Of a stretch of DNA of 54,904 nt, positions 33,244 through 43,980 are shown piece after piece; the first letter of the stretch is position 1; each line of letters starts with the position of its first letter. Source of the stretch: Candidatus Altimarinota bacterium (lineage in GTDB: Bacteria > Patescibacteriota > Gracilibacteria > BD1-5 > UBA2023); NCBI GenBank assembly GCA_031410215.1, contig JANNYQ010000067.1, positions 1-54,904 on the forward strand. The letters run 5' to 3'. The position numbers and the translations under genes are program-made. The notes under the pieces are model-generated. The model saw only the letters and a program-made list of their open reading frames with translations. It was not told the DNA's origin and ran no database searches.

Positions 33244-33501
33244 TTATTTGGCTGTCTTGTTCGATGCTCGGAATCTCTCTGTGAGTCCCGGAACCGTGAC
33301 AATACGAGCACTACCACCAGCAACATTGTGGTGCTTACTTTTACCTCGGATATTTTTGTATCGATTGAGGTAGCTGACAGTGAGGACATGACGACCCTTG
33401 CGGCGTCGTGCACGTAGGACTTTTTGTCCGTCTACTGTGTTCTTGCGAGCGAGGAATCCGTGTACACGGAGTCGTTTTCTCTTCTTGAGTTTTCCTATCA
33501 T
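33244..33501 (-). CDS. rpmH: 50S ribosomal protein L34 with C-terminal extension
   Basis: ...[36 protein letters not shown] is the L34 core (first 44 aa). The frame stays open for 41 more codons to TAA 33244. Confidence 0.8.
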   Translation of the reverse strand: MIGKLKKRKRLRVHGFLARKNTVDGQKVLRARRRKGRHVLTVSYLNRYKNIRGKSKHHNVAGGSARIVTVPGLTERFRASNKTAK

Positions 33502-33575
33502 ATGAGATTATTTTTTATGAAAAAAGCTTCGGGATTGTATAGAAAAGTGATATCTTGTCAACCAAATTGTGTAAT

Positions 33576-34781
33576 TTACTCAAAGTCAGCGAGTGAAATA
33601 CTCGTTGATATTGATATGGTTGGATCTTCATTTCGCAGTGTGCGCCTCTTACCCGCTGAGAATCCCATCTCAAGATTCATCCGTACATAGGGATGAATGA
33701 AAGGGCTGATTTGAGTGGTCCCCTGAATGGCATCAGGTGCGGACCAAGACAGCCAAGGATCTTTTATGGGATACGCTTGGAATGAGAGATATTTTACATT
33801 GATTGTATTTGGAAACATATTGACCCACTCTACGCCAGATCCAGTTGCGATATCATCGATACTGGGTGATGTGAGTTGTGGTCATATACATTGACCATCC
33901 TCCACACATACCCAAGTATCGATGAGTCCATCATAGGCACTACGATCTGTAGTGAGTCAAGAGTGGGTATATCCGACGTCAAGTCATTTGAGCTTGAGCA
34001 CTTGGACATTACCGATACATCCACTCCCTGTGAGCAATTTACCACTTGCTGTTGTAGGAATCGGAAAACAAGGAATAGTTATATTATTCAGATCTTGTTG
34101 TATATTCCAACGAAAATAGGTCCTCTTTTTGGCTCACTTATTGATGAGATAGAGCTCCACTACTGATCCCGTGAATACAGCTGGTACATCTCCTGTAAGT
34201 CGATCATCATCATCTCAGATGATACTCCCACTGGCATCACTATCCTCATCTCCCAGATCATCATCGATATTGCCATTGTAGTCAGTGAACTGAGCAATAT
34301 ATTCACCGTATCGCTGATATGATCAGCTGAAATCAGAAAAAGATCCAGTGAGATATCAAGCTCATCCGTTATTATGATTTTGTAAACATCATCCAGTTCC
34401 CATACTAGCCCCACTATTCGATCGACAGAGATATACTCCTATGCCATATGTTGCTGAAAGATTTCCATTTTTCCCATAGTTGCCCACTCCAGTTGGGAAC
34501 TGGTATTGTCCACTCTGCGTAGTGACTCCTACTGCCTTACGATTCCAATATTCCTCATAGTCGAGAGTTCCTCAGTCTTTGATACCCGTGAAGAGCTGCT
34601 CAGAGAAGAAATAGAGCTCCTCCAGAAGTGCTACTCGATTAAGTGTCTTGGTACGAGCTATCATGAGGCTCTGTACGGCCAAAATAACGCTCGTGATGAT
34701 CATAGCAAAGAGAGTCATCGATATCATGAGCTCAAGAATAGTGAATCCTTTTTTATTTTTGGTTGACAATATTGCGATCAT
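33576..34781 (-). CDS. large type IV pilin-like protein (prepilin N-terminal methylation motif)
   Basis: MIAILSTKNKKG/FTILELMISMTLFAMIITSVILAV is a class III signal. I translated codon by codon to TAA 33576: 401 aa with 10 in-frame TGAs. The listed ORFs 33830-34045 and 34160-34414 are in a different frame. Confidence 0.75.
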
Positions 34782-35013
34782 AGAGTTGAGAGATGAGGAG
34801 GAGTGGTACAAATAGAGCTCTTCAGAGTCGGATGGCTCGAGGATATCGAGCAAATGACTCGGGGCCTACAGAGATGAGCTCATGAGTGATGTGATGGTCT
34901 TTAGAGTTTTTTGGGAATTTTGCGTAAACAAAAATAGAAACAAGACCCCGTATACTAATACCAATATACCCAAATAAGAGCTGGGCAGTATGGATCCATA
35001 TATTTTTTGGCAT
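34753..35013 (-). CDS. small hypothetical protein (doubtful)
   Basis: ORF 34822-35013 extends through a TGA to TAA 34753 and overlaps the pilin start. One hydrophobic segment. No family recognised. Confidence 0.25.
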
Positions 35014-35053
35014 ATCTATTGAAAAAATAAAAAATATCTATATCCTACCATCT

Positions 35054-35692
35054 ATGCACGATTATATTACAAATTCCAAAAATCGAAAATTAAAAACGAA
35101 AATTCTTTTGTTTTTGTCACGAGTTAATATCTGAGCAGGCAAACTTCCCCTTTCGGGACGAGTGATTTTATTGATGGAGCTGATTTTGCTCGGATCTCTT
35201 TTTTTTCCATGGATACACATGGTATACCTTGATGGATCTATTCGTGATCTCTATGCTTTTTCACAATTCTCTCTCTATATAGGATATTTAACACTATTTG
35301 TCCTCGCTCTTGTTCCTTTTTGCCTCCTTTCTCATACAAAAAAAGAACGACTGAGGGCACTACTCCCATTCAGGCTTTCAGATACTCAAGCAATTATTTT
35401 TGCATTCACTATACTCCTCGTGAGTATGATGAATCTCATAGTGATCAATAGTATCTTCTATACCGCTCAGATTGCTGCTCAAGGATCTACACTTGGCGGA
35501 TGATTCCGCACGGCATTTGCGAGCATTATTTCAATTTTTGTGGCGACTTATTACTTCTCGAGATCTAGCAAAGTAGCTAATACAGATATGTATTACCTCG
35601 ATCATCAGACAGATGATGAGTTATCAAAATATCAAAACATACTTTCAGGTAATGAAGAAAATAAGAAAAAGAATATGAGTCTCCCAATTTAA
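35054..35692 (+). CDS. polytopic membrane protein
   Basis: ATG 35054. Two TGAs. Several hydrophobic helices. The CDS ends at TAA 35690-35692. Confidence 0.5.
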
Positions 35693-35779
35693 ACTTGACT
35701 TTGATGAAAAAACTATATTATTAGTCAAGTAAGTGTCTTCTGAAAAAGAAGACATAATTATATCTAAAATTCTCAATTT

Positions 35780-36820
35780 ATGTCCACTGTAGCAACGGAA
35801 ATCCAGGGTACATTCGAGACGATACTTGCGTCTCTCGCTGAGAAAGAGAGATCAGTCATCACTCGTCGTATCGGACTCAAGTGAGAACGTGAAACTCTCC
35901 AGGAGATCGGAGATACATATGGGATCACCCGTGAACGAGTACGACAAATCGAGGATGTTGGTATCAAAAAAATCGGTCGTATCATGCGTACGAGTACTCT
36001 CATGAAGATACAAGAGTCTGGAGAAAGGATCCTCCAAATGCATGGTGGTATTATGACTCGTGATCGACTCATATCTGCGATTATCGCAGATATCGGTATC
36101 GAATGAGCAATCAACAACAATATCATCGATGTGCTACTCCAGGCTGACTACAATCTCCAAAGATCTAAACCACAGCTCGGTACAAATACATATTTCCACT
36201 TCGCAGAAGTGACCAAAAAGATGGTAGAATCTGTACACAAAGAAGGACTCAAGTTGCTAAAGAAAAAGGGGGATATTATGGAAACTGTAGTCCTCTATGA
36301 TATGATTCATCTAGCGCTCTTTGCTCAATTTGGGAATCTTTCGAACATCATCCTCGATTCTATCATGGATATATTCCTAGATATCGTGAAAGGAGAAGAA
36401 AAATTCATCGGTCTCGAAAAATGGAAAATCCTCAATCCAGCTACCCTCAAAGATAAGGCTATATATGTCCTCAAAAAGAAAAAAGAGCCTCTACACTTTC
36501 TCGATATCGCGACTGCTATTACAGAGCGATTCGGGGAGCCAGTCAAGACCTCTACTATCCACAATGAACTCATCCGGAATGGAGAGTTCGTCCTCATCGG
36601 TCGTGGGATCTACGTTCTCAAAGACTGGGGATATAAAGATGGTACTGTTCTCGATGTAATTCTCGAAATATTCAAAAAGGCTTGAGCACCCCTTTCAACA
36701 GAGGATATCACTGATCGTGTACTCAAAGTTCGTCAAGTTAAGATCACAACCATATATATGAATCTCCAAAATAAGAAACATGTAGAACGAGTTGGTCGCA
36801 ATCTCTATACTGCAAAATAA
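35780..36820 (+). CDS. sigma-70 region-4-like HTH protein with C-terminal HARE-HTH-like domain
   Basis: ...EKERSVITRRIGLK[G]ERETLQEIGDTYGITRERVRQIEDVGIKKI is a sigma70 region 4 pattern. The C-terminus ...PLHFLDIATAITERFG....STIHNELIRNGEFVLIGRGIYVLKDWGY resembles the RNAP-delta/HARE-HTH fold. No region 2 was recognised. Confidence 0.6.
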
Positions 36821-36823
36821 TAT

Positions 36824-36856
36824 AAAAATCTCCTCAATATATTCGAGGAGATTTTT
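36824..36856. terminator. bidirectional terminator
   Basis: AAAATCTCCTC...GAGGAGATTTT between convergent genes. Confidence 0.8.
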
Positions 36857-36872
36857 TGAGCGAAATAGCGAC

Positions 36873-38048
36873 TTATGCTCGTTTATTACTCGCGTATGAT
36901 ACCACCAGTAGAGCAAATACCACGATATGTGTCACAATGAGTACATTGAGTGCGAGGAAAATCCCACCAAGAAGAATTGCAATCTGCAGTTCTTCTATTT
37001 TATTTCTCCAAATAGTAACCAGAGCATGTCCGATCATCAATATCGGCAATATTCCATACTGAAAAAGTATATCGATGAACATATTGTGAGATGAATCGAT
37101 GCTCATGCTGCTCGGAAAATAAGAATTCACTAGGATCGAGCGATCCAGAGAAAAATGAGTTAGAATCGAGTCTGGACCAAATCATATAAGAAAAGAAATC
37201 GGATCTTTGGTCATCAAGAAAATACTCTCACGCATGAGAACGAATCGACTCGTGAGCGATAATAGCTTCTCAGGATCGAAATATATACTCGTAATATAGA
37301 GAGCAAAGAAAGTGATACTCACTATGAGTAAAAGTGATGCCAGAGGCTGCAAACGCATATATCGAAATCACTTATACAAATAGTATAATCAAGTCAGTCC
37401 TATGGCAATATAGCTCCCTGTAGTCAGGATAGCAAGACTCCAGAGTCCGAGAGCAAGCCACCTCTCAGGAGCACGAATCTGAGAGAAAAGTGGTAGGAAA
37501 AGCAATAAGTATCCTGCCACATAGTTCGGATTGCCAAGAGTACTCACAGATCGTCCTGGATATGCCGATAGCATCTCACCTCGATGATAGATATCCCATA
37601 TACCTCCCATACATTCTCCTATAGCAAGGAGAGAAACTATCACAGAAGCATATATACTCCATCTCAGGTATGATTTGAGATGATCTCTGGGACTGCCCAG
37701 CAAGAGAAGAACAAGTGAAATCACACCAAGATAAAAGAGATATCCATGATGTTTCTCGTGACTGCCCATAAGCCAATCGAGATCGAGAAAAGTAGAAAAA
37801 TATAAAGCCGATGCTATAGGAATAACAAGTAGGGCAACGATATAGGGGATATATTTGCGGAAAATATCCCAAATACGATGTGGATATCGAATCAAAATCT
37901 CGAAGTATGCAACGACGAGTAAGGTCAGGAAAAAATATACCTTGTATCGCTCAAATGAATAACTCTCTCATATAGTCACGCCAAGTGGTGAGAATGCATG
38001 AGAGAAGTAGAGTGGGAGAATAAAAAAAAGAATACGAAGTGAATACAT
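36873..38048 (-). CDS. O-antigen ligase (Wzy_C)-like polytopic membrane protein
   Basis: 391 aa in one checked frame (4 TGAs). It has many TM helices. ...SSHNMFIDILFQYGILP... resembles the O-antigen ligase loop motif. Confidence 0.65.
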
Positions 38049-38080
38049 AAATCCCACTATTATAGGTTATTAGTGGGATT
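38049..38080 (-). terminator. hairpin after the long minus-strand gene string
   Basis: AATCCCACTA...TAGTGGGATT with an 11-nt loop. It lies between the stop at 38113 and the next start at 38048. The T-tail is weak. Confidence 0.45.
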
Positions 38081-38112
38081 ATAGGGATTTTAAGATGGAA
38101 GCCAAGAAAAAG

Positions 38113-38319
38113 TTATTTCCCCATAAATTTCTGTATAATCATCAATGGGATCTTCTCAAACTCTGATACATAGCTGACAACACGATCAGCAAAACCAAGA
38201 ATTCCCTCTACTCGATCCATCATCCTATACACTCGGTAGAGTACCATAGAAAGGAGTGTTCCGATAGGGAGGAGGATGATCGCGAGGACCATATAGAGGA
38301 TATCGAGTGCGTTGAACAT
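38113..38319 (-). CDS. small membrane protein (68 aa)
   Basis: An intact ORF with an N-terminal TM helix (ILYMVLAIILLPIGTLLSMVL). Confidence 0.5.
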   Translation of the reverse strand: MFNALDILYMVLAIILLPIGTLLSMVLYRVYRMMDRVEGILGFADRVVSYVSEFEKIPLMIIQKFMGK

Positions 38320-38337
38320 AGGAGAGAAGATTATATA

Positions 38338-38823
38338 TTATTTCCCAGCAAGTGGATCGGTGATTGGTTGATTTTTTGGTTCGATTTTACTATAGATGGG
38401 AGTCTGCCACCAGGTCTTGATACTCAGTATATCTGTGAGATGTGCCGTCTCTTGTCATTCGAATCGGACTCGCATATCGAGTGGACTCGTGAGCCCGAGG
38501 TTGCTCGCGAGATCACGAGACTCGATGAGTGAAATATATCTCAGACGAGTCGTATCCATAAATGCTCGGGTGAGCCACACAGGAGAGAGGATTCTGATTT
38601 CCTGTGCTACAATATCCGTCTCATCATAGGCGATGATGATAGCTCGCTTCTCCGTGATGAGGGCATCATACTCTGCCTGAGACCTGATAAAAAGAGGCGT
38701 TGCCTGTACTTGATCTTCTGCGAATTCTGTGGCTTTTTGTCCATATTCCCGAGCGGTCTTGAGATATGGATCCATCTTTATGATATAGGGATTGAGTTTG
38801 TCAGTGATATTTTTCCAGTTCAT
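38338..38823 (-). CDS. hypothetical protein (161 aa)
   Basis: ORF 38455-38823 extends through a TGA to TAA 38338. No family recognised. Confidence 0.5.
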
Positions 38824-38835
38824 AGTATTGAATGA

Positions 38836-39879
38836 TTATGCATGTATTATATCAGGAGAGACTATTTGTTGCAAATCTTTTTTGGATAAATTAAGGATAC
38901 TTAGGAAATCGGATGGATATGGTGCCTCTACCGTGAGTTTTTTTCAAGTTTTTGGATGGACAAATGTCAGAGACCGAGCATGAAGAAGTTGCCTAGTGAT
39001 ACCGAGATTACGGCGGACATAGGAATTGATGCTCTTATCGCCGTAGGCACGATCGGCAAGTACTGGATGTCCGATATACGCCATATGCACACGAATCTGA
39101 TGGGTACGACCCGTATCGATGCGACACTCAAGGAGAGAAAAAGGTTGGTGGGCTGTGAATGTTTGTGATACTACATAATGAGTTATAGCACTTTGCCCTG
39201 CCGCATCGACTTGGACTTTTGCCTCATTTTTGGCATCAGGGATCCTGAGAAGTCGAGCCTTGATTGTGTCTTGTCTCTTGGTAGGGATTCAGGCTACAAT
39301 TGTATGATATATTTTTTCCATATCATGAGCCTGGAGCTCTGATAGGAGTGTCTCAAGAGCTCATTTGTCCTTAGCAATCAGCAGACATCCACTTGTATCA
39401 CGATCGATACGATGTACGAGTGCTGGGCGGAACGTGAGACTATCGTATCGTCCCTGCAGATAGTCCTGTACTTGATCGATGGTATTGGACTCTGTCGTCT
39501 TATGATCTCCTGCATGGACATTGATCCCTGGTGGCTTGTTCACTACCATGAGATATTCATCTTCGTAGAGGATGGCGAGCTTTATTCACTCTTTTTCTTG
39601 AGATAGATCCTTCGCGGCTCAGGATAAAAAAATATGAGGGTTTTTTGATTTTGTATCCTGTGCAAACTCCTGCATCTCAGTATCTGTAAGCCAAAAAGAC
39701 ACCTCATCTCAAAGTTCGAGTTTATAAGTCTGGTCTTTCTTTTTTGCATTCACCTTGATCTTGCCAGTGCGAAGCATCTTGAATATAGCACCAAGTGGAG
39801 CACCAGGGAGATATTTGCGGACGAACCTGTCGAGTCGTTGTCCAGCATCAGCAGGATGAGAGATTGGGACAGAGATCAT
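38836..39879 (-). CDS. rluD: RluA-family pseudouridine synthase with S4 domain (RluD/RluC type)
   Basis: ...RLDRFV...GKIKVN... is an S4 domain. The catalytic motif is HRIDRDTSGCLLIAK, followed by ...GRTHQIRVHM. The ATG immediately follows the TAA of the upstream pilin-like gene. Six TGAs. Confidence 0.85.
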
Positions 39880-40785
39880 TTATTGTAATACAGCGAAGTC
39901 AGTAGCTGTGTTGCTGGTAATCTGTGGGATACGAATTTGACGTGAGCGGATGTAGCCATATATCGATGAGCTTGAGTCGATGATCATATACTGACTTGGG
40001 ATACGAGTCGGTCAGAAATCAATCTGATATTCAAGAAATGGATATGATTGTCAGCCAAGTGTTACAAATGGGCGAATCATCGAGAGCTTGAGAGTACACT
40101 GGAATCCACTGCATTTTGCTCAGCTTGTACCAACTCCACTCACGAGATCTCAATAAAAATTATCAAATCTAAAGCTAGATCCAGTATTTGTAAATCCATT
40201 AAATGATGCTATTGATCTATTTAACCCTGTTATATCACTTCATCTGAAAACCTCTAATTCACCGCTCGCATAGAGCGATGCTCACGATGATCCAAATGTC
40301 CAAAGAATAATACCAGAATTACTCATCGAACTGCCGGTATTACTACTTCATGGTATATTTGCGACCCGGAAACGAAAATTCACAACTCACCATGAGATAT
40401 TCTGAGGAATCACAATCTGTACTGGCTCACCGAGAGCAATAATATTCCAATTTTTATCGAATTCACTATTTCATTTTAAAATATCGGGTACCATATTGCC
40501 ACCAGTATAGGCCGTAAGAGTCCGTCATGTCGAAGTAGTGCCTCACTCTGATCTAGTTGGTATATTCCATGGTTCTGTCCTAGTCATGGCACCATTCATC
40601 AGTTGTTCCTCGATGAGTCCTGTCGCAAGGGTATATGCCTGAGCGGAATTACCGATAGCACCGCTCGTACGCCCGAGCCCGAGTACTTTCTCGAGAAAAC
40701 TAGTCGTCAAAATAGTGAGAAGCACTACTATGATGAGTCCGACGAGGAGGGCAGAGCCCCTCTGTGAACGATTTGGATTATACAT
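39880..40785 (-). CDS. PilX-like minor pilin / pseudopilin-like protein
   Basis: The N-terminus is MYNPNRSQRGSALLVGLIIVVLLTILTTSFL (PilX_N-like hydrophobic segment). The full 301-aa frame was translated with 11 in-frame TGAs and ends at TAA 39880. The start overlaps the VirB4-like gene by 8 nt. Confidence 0.6.
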
Positions 40786-42724
40786 TTGGCTTGGTGGTGA
40801 TGATTTTCTCTTCGAAATAAGAGGACAATATCTCTATCCCGACATGTTCTCCTCAGGCAAAGAATAGACCCGTACCGACCGAGGCATTGAGGAGAATATA
40901 TTTCTCTTGTTCGGTGAGCTTGAATACATTCTGTAGTACATCGATCGATGCAGGAGACTGTTTGAGGAGGAGCTGAATAGAGGAATTCGTGACTATCGCC
41001 TTGCCATAGGATGACCCCATGAAGTCCTCGACATCCTGTGTGATTGTCGTGACCCCGAGTCCGTACTTGCGGGCTCGCTTGACCAGACCAAAAAGGAACT
41101 TCGCAGAATCTTCATATTGCATGATATTCCACGCTTCATCGACGACGAGGAATCGTTTTTTTTCACTCGATCTTGCTACGTTCCATACATAGCTGAGGAG
41201 GATATACATCGCAATGGGACGAAGGATATCATCGAGATCTCGTACTGAGAATACGACGAGACCTCACTTGAGATCGACATTGGTCGGTCGTGAAAATACT
41301 CCAGCAAATACTCCCGTCACATATTTATCTAGTCGATTGACGAGCCCTGATGCTCCATCCATTGTCTCAAGGACTGATGCAAGATCCTTGAGAAGGGGTA
41401 TCTCTTTGCCGTCGATAGAGTCATCATCCATCGTAATACCCTTAAGTGAGTAGGTCGTGATGATCGCTTTCTCGAGGAGAGCCTCTTCGTTTGGAGTGAT
41501 GACGCCGAGCATCAGACGCAGGAGTCCGATCATATTGACTATAGCACCTCTCAGGAGATCTCCGACATGAGTCTCTGAGTCCTTGAGAGAACGTGGGAGG
41601 TCAAAGGGGTTGATCTTCTCGTTGGAGTTGAGTGAAATATTGAGATATGTCCCACCTACTGTATCAACGAGTGCCTTATACTCATTCTCAGGATCGAGTA
41701 CGATCACATCTGTTCACATCATGAGGGCCCTGAGGATCTCGAGTTTCACGGCGAATGATTTTCATCCTCCTGACTTGGCAAATACACACATATTCGCATT
41801 CTCAGAGCGGAACCTATCGAATATGATCAGTGACTTGTTATGGGTATTGATCCCGTAGAATATACCATCATCCTGTGAGAGCGAGTTCGAGGAAAATGGA
41901 AATGTCGTCGAGAGTCCTTTTGTAGAAATATTACGAAACACGTTGACCTCGTCACGAGCGAATGGCCCTGTCGCAATGAATCCTTGTTCAGCCCTCAAAA
42001 ATGTCTGCTTCGTCAGAATATTGCGACCTGCAAGCATCATATCAAGCATATTTGTGAGTTTTTTCATCTCATCTTCACTCTCCGCATAGGTAGTGATATA
42101 GAGCGAGAAGTGAAAATACTTCTCTTGACCACGAGTGAGGTATTGTTGGAGCTCTTCGACATCTTGAATCTGGGCATCCAGATGCGGATCCCCAATGAGT
42201 CATTTCCCATTGTTCATCGCTCTCTGTGAGCCGAGTTGCGTGAGCCGTTTGCGGAGAAACTTCATCACACGAGCTGAGTCAACTGGATAGACGTACATCG
42301 ATATATCAAACTTCACATCCCAGTTGATAAGTGGTGAGAGCCAATTCCCCTCCAATACATCTGGATAGGCATAGGTGAATATCGTCCGAATATAAGTATC
42401 ACCGATCTGGAGCTTGGTGGCATCAATCCGCATCATAGCGGGTGCGATCGCATCCTTGATAAATGCAAGTGACTCGTTATATTCTCGCTCTGTATCCTTG
42501 AGCTCCATTGCTTCTTCTCGTGTTAGCTTGTGATCACTATCTGCAATATATGCTGGAACCACTTGAGTATTCGCCACTGGAGTCGAGATTGGCGAAAGTG
42601 TCGATACTGGCGATACTGGTACCCTCGGAACCTGAGAAGATGAGATTGACACAATAGTCTCGAGTCACTCTACGTCTCAGGTGTAATTTTTGGTGATGAG
42701 TTCTGCGAGAGTAGGAACAGGCAT
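40778..42724 (-). CDS. VirB4/TraC-like secretion ATPase
   Basis: 648 aa in one checked frame. Walker A reads AKSGG[G]KS (TGA 41762-41764). Also VLDPENEY and Walker B FLVVDEAWNI, with a P/S/V-rich linker near the N-terminus. ATG 42724 is preceded by an in-frame TAA. Confidence 0.8.
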
Positions 42725-42771
42725 ATGGTGAATATATTAGACTCGGAGGAGAAGTAGAGTTTTGTTGGATA

Positions 42772-43971
42772 TTAAATTTTCTTTTTTCAGACTCACCAGT
42801 TCCACTCCGTGATATTGCTATAGTCGATACGGTCTTGAAGATCAAGGAGTGTTTGTGGTGCTTTACTCATAGTGTTATACTCCACTACTATGAGTGTGAT
42901 ATCGTCATATTGTTTGTATTTATATCACATCCATGCGGAGAGATCGATCGTGATTTTACGAAATACATTCTCAGCAGACTTGATATCCAATCTGATAATT
43001 GATTCAATGATACGGTCAACTGAGAAAAGGAGTCAGTTTTGTTCAGATCTGTATCTCGCCTCACTGATACCGTCCGTATAGAGGATGATCAGGTCTCCGG
43101 GATCAAAGGCTATACGTTGTTCTTTGAGAATTTTGGACGAATCCTTGACCATACCGATTGCGACACCTCCACTTTTAAGTTTATAGATTTTATTCTCTTT
43201 AAGCTTGTAGACGAGGATGAATTCATGTCCAGCACCGGTATAGTACATCCTCTGTGAGGCGGCATCCCAACGCAGCATGACGGCAGTCATCATCATATTC
43301 TGTTTGATCCGAGGCTTGAGGATCGCATTGGTCTGAGCGAGGATACTCGCACCATTGGACTCAGATAATGCAAATGCTGATATCAGCGCATTGACCATCA
43401 TCATGACAAATCCTGATGGTACCCCATGTCCTGTCACATCACCAACATAGATATAGTGATTATTATCATGTCCTGCTATGATATCGAGTGAGTCACCTCC
43501 AACCTCCGTAGCGGGAGTGGTAGCCATGGCGATAGTGAGTCATGGAACAATTACATTATCTTGATTGAGGGTCTGTGCCTGGATCTCGCTTGCGATATCT
43601 ACCTCAGATCTGAGTTTGCGACCATCTCGGAGTTCTTGTTTGAATACCTTCAGAATCTGAAGTGATTTAATGAAGAATCGGATTACACTATTCATTCATT
43701 CACTCCATGAATTTGCCTGGATCTGTGGTTCTTCGGTTATACCAGTCATGAACCGAGCAATATCCTGGATCAACATCTGGATTGGACCGATATACGCCTT
43801 ATAAAGAACGAAGTAGAGTACAGGAAATTGCACAACAATAAATCAGGCAGTAAGTATCGTATTCCAATGTGCAAATCACTCCAATGGTCCACGCCCGCCC
43901 AATCCGAATAGTATAAAACTATCCAGAATAACCAGGAATATGACGATGATGAATATAATTCGATGAAGCAT
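42772..43971 (-). CDS. membrane-bound PP2C (SpoIIE/RsbU-type) Ser/Thr phosphatase with HAMP-like linker
   Basis: Two N-terminal TM helices and a HAMP-like segment. PP2C motifs GGDSLDI, YIYVGDVTGHGVPSG, LYTDGISEA and DDITLIVVE. The 399-aa frame was checked (6 TGAs). Confidence 0.85.
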
Positions 43972-43980
43972 ATATGTATT

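Noticed and set aside
33830-34414. Two listed minus-strand ORFs (33830-34045 and 34160-34414) that might be separate small genes.
   Set aside because: Codon-by-codon translation shows that the pilin frame (34781 to 33576) runs straight through this region with TGA-Gly codons. These ORFs are in a different frame of the same strand.
42772-42870. A short ORF, MSKAPQTLLDLQDRIDYSNITEWNW..., upstream of the VirB4-like gene. It was considered as a VirB3-like small subunit or as a frameshifted VirB4 N-terminus.
   Set aside because: It is in frame with, and contiguous to, the PP2C phosphatase (...DDITLIVVEYNT-MSKAPQ...). It has no TM helix. It is most simply the phosphatase C-terminal tail.
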